DNA of 64,000 nucleotides from Candidatus Nitrospinota bacterium M3_3B_026 (GCA_051418015.1 JBPRGF010000017.1:32001-96000), one strand, 5' to 3'. Numbered from the stretch's first letter, positions 26,934 to 36,304 are shown. Made by a program: numbers and translations. The notes: a model not told the origin generated them from the letters alone.

Positions 26934-29564
26934 TCAAAGATATTCGCGAAGCTTGCGGGCCTTCTCTTTGTAGTCCTCCAGCCTGGCCCTGTCCTTTTCC
27001 ACCACCTCCTGCGGGGCGTTTTCCACGAATTTCTTGTTCGAAAGCTTCCTTTCGAAAAACTCGATCTCTTTTTCCATCCTGGCAAGCTCTTTTTCCGCCC
27101 TGGCGCGGGACTGCTCGTCCGTGGCCGGGGACGGCGGCGTCACGAAAACCTCCGCGCCGCCCGCCACGCCGACGAGAGCGTTTTCGGGTTTTTCGGAAGG
27201 GTCGGTTATGACCGTGATTTTCGCGTTCGCCAGCTTGCCGATGAACGGCCCCTGGCGGCGGAGAACGTCCAACAGCTTTTCATCGTCCCTGGCAAGGATA
27301 ACCGCGTCCAGCCCCGTGGAAGGCTTCGCGCCAAGTTCGGCGCGGATGTTTCTTATGGCCACGGTGACGTCCATCACAGCGCCCATCTCCTCCTCGGCCT
27401 CCTCGTCGATGAGCGCGTCGTCCACCTTCGGATACTCCGCCAGCGCCAGCAGGCCGCCGCCGGGTTTCACCTTCTCCCACAGCTCCTCGGTGACGAAGGG
27501 CATGATGGGACTCAAAAGCCGCAACGTCCGCTCCAGCGTGAAGGCCAGGACGTTCCGCGCCGCATCCCCCCCCGGCTCCTTGTCCGTAAGCCGCGGCTTG
27601 ATCATCTCCAGGTACCAGTCGCAGAACTCGCCCCAGACGAAGTGATAAAGCCGTCCCGCGGCCTCGTTGAACTTAAACTCCTCGAACGCTTCCCGGACGG
27701 CGGCGGTTGTCTTCTGAAGCCGCGAGAGGATCCACCTGTCGGCGATGTCGAGGTCGTTCCTTTTTACGCTTACACCCGTCAGGTCGAACCCTTCGAGGTT
27801 CATGAGGGCGAAACGCGAGGCGTTCCATAGCTTGTTTACAAAATTTCTGTATCCCTCGATGCGCTCCTCGGAAAGTTTTATGTCGCGCCCCTGCGCCGCC
27901 AGCGCGGCCAACGTCATCCGCATGGAGTCGGCGCCGTACTTTTCCATGATCTCGATCGGGTCTATGGTGTTGCCTTTCGACTTGCTCATCTTCTGCCCCT
28001 CCGCGTCGCGGACGAGAGCGTGGATATAGACCTTGCGGAAGGGGACGTCGCCGGTGAACTTCAGCCCCATCATTATCATCCTCGCCACCCAGAAGAAGAT
28101 GATGTCGAACGACGTTACGAGGACGGAAGTGGGGTAGAAGGTTTCAAGGGTCTTCGTTTTCTCCGGCCAGCCCATGGTGGAGAAGGGCCACAGGGCCGAG
28201 GAGAACCACGTGTCCAGGACGTCCGTCTCCTGCTCCATGTCCGCCGAGCCGCACTTCGGGCACCGCTCCGGGTCCTCGCGAAGGACGGAAACCTCCCCGC
28301 ACCCGGCGCACGTCCAAGCGGGGATTCTGTGGCCCCACCATATCTGGCGGCTTACGCACCAGTCGCGGATTTTTTTCATCCAGTCGAAGTAAAGGTTCTC
28401 CCAGTTTTTCGGATAGAACCGGACACGTCCATCCTCCACGGCCTCGATGGCGGGCCCGGCCAGCGGCTTCATCCTGACGAACCACTGTTTCGAGACGTTC
28501 GGCTCCACTATGTTGTGGCAGCGGTAGCACTGCCCCACGGCGTGGCGGTGGTCCTCCACCTTCGCAAGCAGCCCCAGTTCCTCGAGCCGCTCGACGATCA
28601 TCCTGCGCGCCTTGAACCTGTCCTCGCCCGCGTATGGCGCGCCCGCCTCGGCGGTCATGCTCCCGTCGTCGCCTATGACCTTCAGCATCGGCAGGCCGTG
28701 GCGCTCGCCGATCTCGAAGTCGTTTGGGTCGTGCGCGGGGGTTATCTTAAGCGCGCCGGACCCGAACTCCCTGTCGACGTACTCGTCGGCGATGATCGGG
28801 ATTTTCCTGTTCACGATGGGCAGGACAGCGGTTTTCCCGACGAGGTTTTTGTAGCGCTCGTCCTCCGGGTGGACGGCGACGGCCGTATCGCCGAGCATCG
28901 TCTCCGGCCGGGTGGTGGCGATGACGAATTCCTTGTCCGCCCCCTCCACGGGGTACCTGATGCTCCACAGATGGCCGCCGCGCTCGTGGTGCTCCACCTC
29001 CACGTCGGACAGCGCCGTGTGGCAGCGGGGGCACCAGTTGATCATGTACTCGCCCTGGTAGATCAGCCCCTGCTCGTACAGCGACACGAAAACCTCCCGC
29101 ACCGCGCGCGAGAGCCCCTCGTCCATCGTGAAACGCTCCCGCTCCCAGTCGAGCGACGCGCCCATCCGTTTAAGCTGGCCGGTTATCCTTCCGCCGTACT
29201 CCTCGCGCCACTTCCAGACGCGCTCGATGAATTTTTCGCGGCCGAGGGCGCGCCTGTCGGTCCCCTCCGCGAGCAGTTGGCGCTCGACGACGTTCTGGGT
29301 GGCGATCCCGGCGTGGTCGGTCCCCGGCATCCAGAGGGCGTTGTGGCCATCCATGCGCTTGTAGCGGACGAGTATGTCCTGCAAGGTGTTGTTCAGGGCG
29401 TGGCCGATGTGCAACGCCCCGGTGACGTTGGGGGGTGGTATCACTATGGAGAAGGGGGGTTTTTCGGACTCGTCCTCGGCGTGGAACGCGTCCTTTTCGA
29501 TCCATTCCCTGCTCCAGCGCTCCTCGGCCTTTTTCGGCTCGTAACGCTTGCCAAGATCGGTCAA
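26934..29564 (-). CDS. valS: Valine--tRNA ligase
   Basis: PPPNVTGALHIGH, GTDHAGIATQ, ATTRPETMLGD, KMSKSKGN, C-terminal coiled coil. Start reassigned to TTG 29564 with a GGGAGAG RBS. Confidence 0.97.
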   Translation of the reverse strand: MTDLGKRYEPKKAEERWSREWIEKDAFHAEDESEKPPFSIVIPPPNVTGALHIGHALNNTLQDILVRYKRMDGHNALWMPGTDHAGIATQNVVERQLLAEGTDRRALGREKFIERVWKWREEYGGRITGQLKRMGASLDWERERFTMDEGLSRAVREVFVSLYEQGLIYQGEYMINWCPRCHTALSDVEVEHHERGGHLWSIRYPVEGADKEFVIATTRPETMLGDTAVAVHPEDERYKNLVGKTAVLPIVNRKIPIIADEYVDREFGSGALKITPAHDPNDFEIGERHGLPMLKVIGDDGSMTAEAGAPYAGEDRFKARRMIVERLEELGLLAKVEDHRHAVGQCYRCHNIVEPNVSKQWFVRMKPLAGPAIEAVEDGRVRFYPKNWENLYFDWMKKIRDWCVSRQIWWGHRIPAWTCAGCGEVSVLREDPERCPKCGSADMEQETDVLDTWFSSALWPFSTMGWPEKTKTLETFYPTSVLVTSFDIIFFWVARMIMMGLKFTGDVPFRKVYIHALVRDAEGQKMSKSKGNTIDPIEIMEKYGADSMRMTLAALAAQGRDIKLSEERIEGYRNFVNKLWNASRFALMNLEGFDLTGVSVKRNDLDIADRWILSRLQKTTAAVREAFEEFKFNEAAGRLYHFVWGEFCDWYLEMIKPRLTDKEPGGDAARNVLAFTLERTLRLLSPIMPFVTEELWEKVKPGGGLLALAEYPKVDDALIDEEAEEEMGAVMDVTVAIRNIRAELGAKPSTGLDAVILARDDEKLLDVLRRQGPFIGKLANAKITVITDPSEKPENALVGVAGGAEVFVTPPSPATDEQSRARAEKELARMEKEIEFFERKLSNKKFVENAPQEVVEKDRARLEDYKEKARKLREYL

Positions 29565-29628
29565 ATTAAACTCTCCCGCTCGATCGTAAAACTTAAGATT
29601 ATAACAGACGCCCCGGCCGCCGCGGGCT

Positions 29629-29657
29629 TTGCGCGGGCGGCCCCGGTGGGTTAAAAT
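29629..29657 (+). promoter_or_regulatory. Sigma-70-type promoter, probably giving a leaderless mRNA
   Basis: TTGCGC-N17-TAAAAT, then 6 nt to ATG 29664, with no Shine-Dalgarno. Confidence 0.5.
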
Positions 29658-29663
29658 TTGATC

Positions 29664-30008
29664 ATGAAGGATATAAAGCCCATAAGAGTCCATCCCGGGA
29701 TCGGCAGGGGGCGGCCGGTTCTGCGGGACCTCGACGACATCCGGCGCCAAATCGGTCAGACGCCGAAGCCGGACATTGTCCCCGACAGGACCATAAAGCT
29801 TGGGACGTGCGGCTTCGAGATGCCGGTGTTGAGGAGCCACTGGGCGCTTTCCGAGATGCGCCCGGGGGAGGTCCTCAGGATGGAGTCCGGCCACACCTGA
29901 GCCTACCCGGACATCCACTCGTGGGTCTCACGAGCTGAAAAGATAGAGCTGGTCGGGGAGGAGATGGACGGCGACACGATGGTCTTCTACCTGCGCCGGG
30001 TTGAGTGA
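29664..30008 (+). CDS. TusA/SirA-like sulfur-carrier protein, candidate selenoprotein (UGA=Sec79)
   Basis: TusA-like pattern continues across TGA 29898-29900: ...GTCGFEMPVLRSHWALSEMRPGEVLRMESGHT-U-AYPDIHSWVSRAEKIELVGEEMDGDTMVFYLRRVE*. A SECIS-like hairpin follows. Confidence 0.75.
29918..29934 (+). promoter_or_regulatory. Bacterial SECIS-like hairpin
   Basis: CTCGTG-GGTCT-CACGAG: perfect 6-bp stem, GGUCU loop, GU at +25/+26 after the UGA. Confidence 0.7.
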
Positions 30009-30052
30009 TCGCCTGACGCCGGGAGCCAGCGGCCGCCTTTCGTTGCGGCACG

Positions 30053-30631
30053 TTATTTTACTGTTTCCACCAGTTTTTCGAAATCCACCGCCTTGAAATA
30101 GCTTTCCACGCTGGCCTTGTCCGCGCCCTTTCCCTCGACGGAGACGAGGACTTTGCTGGCCACCATCGCCTGGTAGGAGTTGTCCTTGGAATTGTAGATC
30201 GCCTTCTGCCCGCCTATCACCACAAGCTTGTTGTCGGGGCCGGAGAACTGGGGGTTGGCGAACATCATGCTCATGGCCTGCAACATCGGGGAGTCCGTGG
30301 TGAAGCTTACGGTGATCTCCTTTCCGTCCTTGCGGTAGCGGCGCTCGGCGCTTATCCCTCCGCCGAACATGGCCGCGCCCGCCTGAGAGGTCTTCGCCTC
30401 GCCGGCCTCCCAGCCGGACAGAGGCTTGGGCAGCAGACCCCCTATGACGTCCGCTCGTTTCTGGCGGACAAGCGTGGCGGCGGCGTCCAGCGCCGCGGCG
30501 GCGGTGGAGTAGTCCTTTTTCTTGTAGGCTTTAAGCGCCTCGTCCACCTGGTCCGTAACGTCGTCGGCGAGGGCGGCGCCCGGAAGAGCGAACGAGATCA
30601 CAAAGGCGGCTGCGATGACGTGACGTCTCAT
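30053..30631 (-). CDS. Secreted hypothetical protein
   Basis: Signal peptide MRRHVIAAAFVISFALPGAALA; GC3-rich codons; GGAGA RBS. Confidence 0.75.
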   Translation of the reverse strand: MRRHVIAAAFVISFALPGAALADDVTDQVDEALKAYKKKDYSTAAAALDAAATLVRQKRADVIGGLLPKPLSGWEAGEAKTSQAGAAMFGGGISAERRYRKDGKEITVSFTTDSPMLQAMSMMFANPQFSGPDNKLVVIGGQKAIYNSKDNSYQAMVASKVLVSVEGKGADKASVESYFKAVDFEKLVETVK

Positions 30632-30700
30632 GATCCGTTTCTCCATTTCGGATTTTGCGTAAATTGTAATTTTAACGCGGAAATCTCTTTTCCATGCGTA

Positions 30701-30734
30701 ATAAAACACCGGGGCCCGAAAAACAGGGCTCCGG
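30701..30734 (-). terminator. Intrinsic terminator after pstS
   Basis: Minus strand CCGGAGCCC-N8-GGGCCCCGG followed by TGTTTTAT. Confidence 0.5.
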
Positions 30735-30757
30735 CTATCCCGCCTTCGCGCGATCTT

Positions 30758-31609
30758 TTACTGAAGCGAGGCTACGGACTCGGCCCTCACGCCTTCCGGC
30801 AAGGGGACGTATCCCGCTCCGATGGACAGCTTCTGCCCCTCGGACGACAGCTCGAACAGGATAAAATCTCTCGCCAGCCCCTTCGGCTTGCCGATGGTGT
30901 ACTGGTAGAGCTTGCGGGAGATGGGATATTTCCCGGCGCTGATGCTCTCCGGCGTGGGCGTGACGCCGTTGACCTTCGACACTTTCACACCCTCGGAGTA
31001 GCTTATGCCGCCGTAGCCTATGGCGTTCTTGTCCTTGGAGACGGCATTGACCACGCTGGCGGTACCGGGCATGTTCTGGCAGTTGGGGGCGTAGTTCTTC
31101 TTACCGAGGACATGTTTCTTGAAAAAGACGTAGGTGCCGGAGTTGTTTTCACGGCTATAGCGGATGATCCTGGCGTCCTTGCCGCCGACCTCTTTCCAGT
31201 TGTTGATCTTGCCGGTGAAGATATCCTTGAGCTGATCCGTCGTAAGCTCGTCAACTGGGTTATCGGCGTTAAGGTAGATGGATATCCCGTCCAGGGCGAC
31301 GGCGACCTCGAAGACCTTTCCGCCCCGTTTCTCGATGATCCTGCGTTCCCTCTTTTTCATGGGGCGGCTCGCGTTGGCGATGTCCACCGTGCCGTTTATC
31401 AGGGCGGCGATCCCCGTTCCGCTGCCGCCGCCTGTGACCTGCACGGCCGCTTCGGGATGTTTTTTCATGTACGCCTCCGCCTCCGCCGCCACCATCTCAA
31501 GCAGCGTGTCACTGCCCTGGATGGTGATCTTCTCCCCGGCATGGGCGGGCATGGCGAAGGCGCCAAGCGCCATGAGGCATGTCAGCAGGTATCTTGCCGT
31601 TTTTCTCAT
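30758..31609 (-). CDS. pstS: Phosphate ABC transporter substrate-binding protein
   Basis: ITIQGSDT, GGGSGTGIAAL, DIANASR, VALDGI, SRENNSGT, AIGYGG, YPISR.LY. Confidence 0.93.
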   Translation of the reverse strand: MRKTARYLLTCLMALGAFAMPAHAGEKITIQGSDTLLEMVAAEAEAYMKKHPEAAVQVTGGGSGTGIAALINGTVDIANASRPMKKRERRIIEKRGGKVFEVAVALDGISIYLNADNPVDELTTDQLKDIFTGKINNWKEVGGKDARIIRYSRENNSGTYVFFKKHVLGKKNYAPNCQNMPGTASVVNAVSKDKNAIGYGGISYSEGVKVSKVNGVTPTPESISAGKYPISRKLYQYTIGKPKGLARDFILFELSSEGQKLSIGAGYVPLPEGVRAESVASLQ

Positions 31610-31626
31610 TCGAATCTCCTTTGTTG

Positions 31627-32406
31627 TTAGATGTTAACCGTTTCGCTTTTCCCATCCATCTTGCCGATGGAAGTTTTCGTGTCCGCCCGCTCAGGCAGCT
31701 CCATGATGAAACACGCGCCTCCCAGCCGGGAAGACTCGCAGGCGTATATCCTTCCTCCGTGCCTTTCCGTGAAGAGGCGGGCGTTGTGAAGTCCCAGCCC
31801 GGCCCCGCTGAAAACCCTCGTGGAGCTCAAGGCTCCGTGTTCGAACCTCTGGAATATCCTCTCCCGCTCCTCCGGGGGAACGCCGGGGCCGGTGTCCTCC
31901 ACCTTCAGAAAAACCACGCCGCCCACCGCCCCCGCCGTGAGGAGGACGCGCCCACCGTTCGGCGTGAACCTGAGAGCGTTGGAGACAATGTTGTTCAGGA
32001 CGTGCAGCCTGATCCTGTCCGTGTCCCACAGGACGGACGGGAGGGGAGGCTTTACTTCAAGCGAGAGGTCTACATTCTTCGCCGCGGCCTCCTGGCTGAA
32101 AGTCGCGGTCACCTTCGCCAGCTCTCCGGGCAGGTCGCGGGTCCACCGAGGCTCCACGCTCTCCCTGCCCGCCTCCATCTTGGCGGTTTTGAGAATGTCC
32201 TCGATGAGGGCCAGCGCCTCGGCGCCTGCCACCGTTATCCTGCGCAGAAAATCCTCCGCCTTTTCCCGGGGCATCGTGTCGAAATTGTCGACAAGCAGGC
32301 CCGCTATCCCCATGATGGCGTTCATGGGCGATTTCAGGTCGTGGCTTATGGACGAGAGTATCCTGTTGTGTCTTTCGATGACGCTCTCTTCAAACTCCGT
32401 TATCAT
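31627..32406 (-). CDS. Sensor-less cytoplasmic histidine kinase (HisKA plus HATPase only)
   Basis: SHDLKSP (H box), NNIVSNALRFT (N), DTGPGV (G1), GAGLGL (G2); AAGGAG RBS before ATG 32406; only about 20 aa precede the His. Confidence 0.85.
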   Translation of the reverse strand: MITEFEESVIERHNRILSSISHDLKSPMNAIMGIAGLLVDNFDTMPREKAEDFLRRITVAGAEALALIEDILKTAKMEAGRESVEPRWTRDLPGELAKVTATFSQEAAAKNVDLSLEVKPPLPSVLWDTDRIRLHVLNNIVSNALRFTPNGGRVLLTAGAVGGVVFLKVEDTGPGVPPEERERIFQRFEHGALSSTRVFSGAGLGLHNARLFTERHGGRIYACESSRLGGACFIMELPERADTKTSIGKMDGKSETVNI

Positions 32407-32450
32407 CTTGTGCTCCTTTTCAAGGGCCGTTTGTTCCAAGCCATGCGGCC

Positions 32451-32494
32451 AGTGTAAAGTTATTCCCGCGGGGATGGTGTTAGGATCTCGTTAA
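32451..32494 (-). promoter_or_regulatory. Pho-box-like site plus -10 element
   Basis: + strand TGTTAGGATCTCGTTAA (32478-32494); minus-strand TACACT (32451-32456) lies 21 nt downstream. Confidence 0.65.
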
Positions 32495-32517
32495 ATAGGC
32501 CATGCGCCGCCCCCCCC

Positions 32518-33717
32518 CTAAAAATCCACCTGGAACCTCGTCATGAATCCCGTCGCGGTTCCCACGTCCGCCTGGTCGGCCGAGACGTAGTTGAGCATCA
32601 CCCTTGTGTTGGGATTCAGGTACCAGTTCACACCGGCGGTAACCGTTGTGACCTCATGCCCCTCGATGCCCCCGTCTTCGAGATCGACGCTGGAGAACCG
32701 CAACGCCGCCTCCAACGCCCCGGCCCCGGAGCCGAAATTGCTGTTCGGCTTGACACGGCCGAACGCGCCCTTTTTGTAGGGCCTGCTCTCGCCGGTCAGG
32801 AAAAAGCTGCCGAAGACGTAATAGCCGGACAGGCTGGCGTCCTCGCCGTCGAGGTTGGAGACGTTCGCGGAGATGAACTCGCCCTGCAACGACGCCGGGC
32901 CGAATACAGCAGCCGCCTCGACGCCCAGCAGCCCCACGCTGTCGGAGTTTATCGAGTGGGTGTCGGCCAGACGCATCGGAGCGAGATGAATCTCCGGCCT
33001 CGAACGGAACCGGACGGTGTCGCCGTTTGGCTTGATCGCCGTGTAGGCCGCGCCGAGATGGACGAGGTTATCGCCGCTTTTCCACGGCAGAACGGTTATC
33101 CTGGCGGCGTAGTTCATGTCGTTGTCGCCGTAGTCTTCGCCGTAGCCGTCGGTTATCCGGTAGGTGGAAAGGGCCCAGGTGAGCCGCTTGTCCCAGGCGG
33201 ACGAGCCTATCAGAAGGCCACTCTGGCGGGAAGGCGCGAACGCCTCTATGGCCATCGCCCTCTCCATGAAAGTGATGTACTTCGAGCTTGTCAGCTCCTC
33301 GAGGCCGAAGGGCTGCTTGAACCGTCCCACCTTGAGCTGACCTATCCCGGAGATCTTCGTCAGGGCTATGTAGGCGTCCTTGAAATCGGCGTCGCCTCCG
33401 GCGAAGTCGTACTGAACCTTGAATTTTACGTTTTCGTGGATGTGGCCTCCCACGTAAAGCCTCGCGCGGCGGAACTCCGTGCCGCTCTCCCACACCGTCT
33501 CCTCACTTTTAAGCTCATCGTCGGCGGAAAGCCACGCCCAGTCGTTCATCAATCTGCCTCCCACCTTGATCTGGAAAGCCTTATCCGCGCTGGTGAACCT
33601 CAGGCCGGTTTTCCACTCCGCCTCCAGCGGCTCTTTCGCGTAGGCGATGTGGGATAGAGAGCAGAACATCAAAGACACCGTCAGCATGATCCTCATCATT
33701 TTCGCTATTCCTTCCAT
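32518..33717 (-). CDS. Phosphate-selective porin OprO/OprP family
   Basis: GGRLMND, EFRRARL, FKDAYI, GRFKQPFGLEELTSSKYITFMER, GVNWYLNPN.RVMLNY, C-terminal RFQVDF. Confidence 0.9.
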   Translation of the reverse strand: MEGIAKMMRIMLTVSLMFCSLSHIAYAKEPLEAEWKTGLRFTSADKAFQIKVGGRLMNDWAWLSADDELKSEETVWESGTEFRRARLYVGGHIHENVKFKVQYDFAGGDADFKDAYIALTKISGIGQLKVGRFKQPFGLEELTSSKYITFMERAMAIEAFAPSRQSGLLIGSSAWDKRLTWALSTYRITDGYGEDYGDNDMNYAARITVLPWKSGDNLVHLGAAYTAIKPNGDTVRFRSRPEIHLAPMRLADTHSINSDSVGLLGVEAAAVFGPASLQGEFISANVSNLDGEDASLSGYYVFGSFFLTGESRPYKKGAFGRVKPNSNFGSGAGALEAALRFSSVDLEDGGIEGHEVTTVTAGVNWYLNPNTRVMLNYVSADQADVGTATGFMTRFQVDF

Positions 33718-33762
33718 TTCCTCTGTGCTCCTCGTTTGAGTTTTTCATTGCCAACCAGTGAC

Positions 33763-33832
33763 AGTGTAGAAAGGTTTCCCCTGAAGCGGTGTTAGGAATG
33801 CGTTAATAAACAATATGTTAGGATTGCGTTAA
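33763..33832 (-). promoter_or_regulatory. Two Pho-box-like sites plus -10 element
   Basis: TGTTAGGAATGCGTTAA (33790-33806) and TGTTAGGATTGCGTTAA (33816-33832); TACACT at 33763-33768, 21 nt downstream. Confidence 0.7.
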
Positions 33833-33918
33833 GGGGAGAGGAGGCGCTAAGGGCAAGGGGGCGTGAGAGACGCCTATTTTTACGCGGCGGTCTTTTCCGG
33901 GGCCGCGTGGACGCCCCG

Positions 33919-34578
33919 TCAGACCTTGATGAACTCGCCGGTGCGGATGTAGAGAAGGTAGGACGCCACGGCCTTTATCTTGTCCCCCAGGTTCTCTATG
34001 TGCTTGACCACCCGGAGTAGGCGGATGATGGTCCGCTTGTCGTCCCTCTGGGACAGCAGGGTCTCGTGGGCGGTGATGTTGGCCTGGTTGATGTTACGGT
34101 CCAGTTCTTCTATGAACTTCAGGGTATGGTCGCTGATGTCCTTTCCGTCGAGGATATCTATGGCCTTCTCCAGCATGACGATGCAGTTCTGCAACATGCT
34201 GTCGAGGAGTATTTTCACCTCGTCCATGCTCACCGTCGTGTCCGTGTCCATGATCTTCTGCCAGTTGACACCGACGTGCTGCAACAGGTCCAGCATCGCC
34301 TCCGTCTCGTGGGCCACCACGGCGTCGCACACCACGGCCCTTTTCAGCAGGCCCGCGAGGAACAGCTTGCCCACGATCTCGGAAAGCTCCTCGGTGATGC
34401 GCACCATCTCCTTGTCGGCGTTGTCCTCCAGCTCCAGTATCTTGTCCACCAGGGCGTCGCTCTCCTCGTCGCCGTGGATCACCCTGATGGACAGCCTGCA
34501 CGCCTCCTGCACCTCCATCAACATGGCCCGGAGAGCCCCGCGTGTCTTTTTCATCTCGTCCATTATGATCTTGGTCAC
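33919..34578 (-). CDS. phoU: PhoU-like phosphate signalling protein (divergent)
   Basis: Directly after pstB; all-helical; C-terminal KHIENLGDKIKAVASYLLYIRTG resembles the PhoU ERIGDH...IY..TG motif. Confidence 0.7.
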   Translation of the reverse strand: MTKIIMDEMKKTRGALRAMLMEVQEACRLSIRVIHGDEESDALVDKILELEDNADKEMVRITEELSEIVGKLFLAGLLKRAVVCDAVVAHETEAMLDLLQHVGVNWQKIMDTDTTVSMDEVKILLDSMLQNCIVMLEKAIDILDGKDISDHTLKFIEELDRNINQANITAHETLLSQRDDKRTIIRLLRVVKHIENLGDKIKAVASYLLYIRTGEFIKV

Positions 34579-34596
34579 GGCTTGGTCCTTTCCTGG

Positions 34597-35391
34597 CTAG
34601 CTGAACTTGCCTATTATGTAGTCGGCCGTCAGCCGGTTCTCCGGATTGCTGAAAATCGTCGATGTCTCGTCGTACTCTATCAGCTTTCCCTCGTAGAAAA
34701 AGGCGGTGTACCTGGCCACCCTTTGCGCCTGCTGCATGTTGTGGGTTACGAGGATCACGGTATGGTCAGCGGCGAGGTCCACGATCAGGCTCTCGATAAG
34801 CTGTGTGGACTTCGGGTCCAGCGAGGAGCACGGCTCGTCCAGCAAAAGTATTTTCGGCGTGTTGATTATGGCCCTCGCTATGCAAAGCCTCTGCTGCTGG
34901 CCGCCGGAAAGGGACGTGGAGAGGTCGTCCAGACGGTCGTGAACCTCGTCCCACAGAGCCGCCCTCCGGAGGGCGGCCTCCACCTTCTCCGCCAGGATTC
35001 TCTTGCTTCTTATCCCCACGGCCCGCAACGGCATGGAAACGTCGTGGAAGATAGTTTTGCCGGAGAAAGGCACGGGCTTTTGCATCACGTAGCCTACGCT
35101 CTCGCCCCGGAGGATGCAAAGCTCGTAGGGGTTCAGACCCATGATGTCCACGCCGTCCTCCAGCAGGACCGACCCGGTGTAGGAACAGTCGAACTCGTCG
35201 TTGAGCCTGTTCAGGGCCTTCAGGAACGTGGATTTTCCGCAGCCGGACGGGCCTATTATGGCGGTCACCTCGTTGGCGGGGAAGGCCAGGCTCACGTTCT
35301 GGCATCCCACCACCTTGTTGGGATATGTCACCCCCAGTCCCACGGTCTCTATGGCTTTCCGATCAAACTCCATTCTTCCGTTATCTCCCAC
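34597..35391 (-). CDS. pstB: Phosphate ABC transporter ATP-binding protein
   Basis: AIIGPSGCGKSTFLKALNRLND, ALWDEV.DRL, LSGGQQQRLCIARA, DEPCSSLDP, VTHNMQQA.RV. Alternative start ATG 35373. Confidence 0.93.
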   Translation of the reverse strand: MGDNGRMEFDRKAIETVGLGVTYPNKVVGCQNVSLAFPANEVTAIIGPSGCGKSTFLKALNRLNDEFDCSYTGSVLLEDGVDIMGLNPYELCILRGESVGYVMQKPVPFSGKTIFHDVSMPLRAVGIRSKRILAEKVEAALRRAALWDEVHDRLDDLSTSLSGGQQQRLCIARAIINTPKILLLDEPCSSLDPKSTQLIESLIVDLAADHTVILVTHNMQQAQRVARYTAFFYEGKLIEYDETSTIFSNPENRLTADYIIGKFS

Positions 35392-35398
35392 TCAGCCT

Positions 35399-36304
35399 TC
35401 AGCTCGACCTCGCCATCTTCCGTCTGTGCAGCCACCTTATCACCTGCCCGATGGAGTTGAAGGAGAACGTCAACACCAGCAACACAAGGGTCGTGGCGTA
35501 CTGGACGGGCAAGGTCTCCTGCACGTTGGGGGACTGGGTCGCCATGACGTAGATATGGTACCCCAGCTCCATGAACTGATCCAGCAGGTCGCCCGAGAAC
35601 CCGGGTATGTAATAGGCCACCCCCACGAACAGGATCGGGGCGACCTCCCCCGCTCCGCGGCTGATGGAGAGCACCAGGCCCGTCAGCATTCCTCCCACGG
35701 CCTGCGGCAGGACAACCCACTTTATGACCTCCCATTTTGTGTACCCCAGGCAGATGGCGGCGTGCCTCTGCTCGTCGGGGACGAGCTTGAGCGCCTCGGT
35801 GACGGATATGACGTTTGTGGGCAGCGTCAGCGTGCCCATGGTAACCGCGGCCCACAGGAGGCACCGCTCCTGAAAAACCCTGTCCTCGTAACCCAGCAGC
35901 CAGTCCAGCCCCCCTCCCACGACGGTGACGTAGAAGGCCAGGCCGAACAGGCCGTAGACTATGGACGGCACGGCGGCCAGGGTTCTGACGGAGCTCATGA
36001 CGGTGTTGTAGAGCCAGTTCTTCGCGCTCACCTCGTTCAGGTATATGGCGATGACGGCGCCCAGAGGCGCCGTCATAATCGACATCCAGAAAACCAGCAA
36101 AATGGTGCCCTTGATTGGCGAGAGGATGCCGCCCTCCGTCGCGTCCGCCGTGGGCTCGGTGGTCAGAAACTTCCAGGAGACATGCCCCGCGCCCTTCACG
36201 AGGATCAGGCCGAGGATGAAAAACACCACCCCCACCACGACGGCCGCCGCCGCGTTCGACAACGAGCTGAAAACCTTTTCGTAGAAAAAGCGCCTGTCAC
36301 GCAT
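35399..36304 (-). CDS. pstA: Phosphate ABC transporter permease PstA
   Basis: GGILSPIKGT, AIYLNE, LAAVPSIVYGLFG, SISRGAGEVAPI. Confidence 0.9.
   Translation of the reverse strand: MRDRRFFYEKVFSSLSNAAAAVVVGVVFFILGLILVKGAGHVSWKFLTTEPTADATEGGILSPIKGTILLVFWMSIMTAPLGAVIAIYLNEVSAKNWLYNTVMSSVRTLAAVPSIVYGLFGLAFYVTVVGGGLDWLLGYEDRVFQERCLLWAAVTMGTLTLPTNVISVTEALKLVPDEQRHAAICLGYTKWEVIKWVVLPQAVGGMLTGLVLSISRGAGEVAPILFVGVAYYIPGFSGDLLDQFMELGYHIYVMATQSPNVQETLPVQYATTLVLLVLTFSFNSIGQVIRWLHRRKMARSS

Noticed and set aside
29565..29918. 117-aa N-terminal extension of ValS in the ORF track
   Set aside because: It is the antisense shadow of the TusA-like gene. ValS similarity begins at TTG 29564, which has its own RBS.
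31621..31640. TGTTAGATGTTAAC upstream of pstS as a fifth Pho box
   Set aside because: Half-sites are 7 bp apart rather than 11 and overlap the kinase stop codon.
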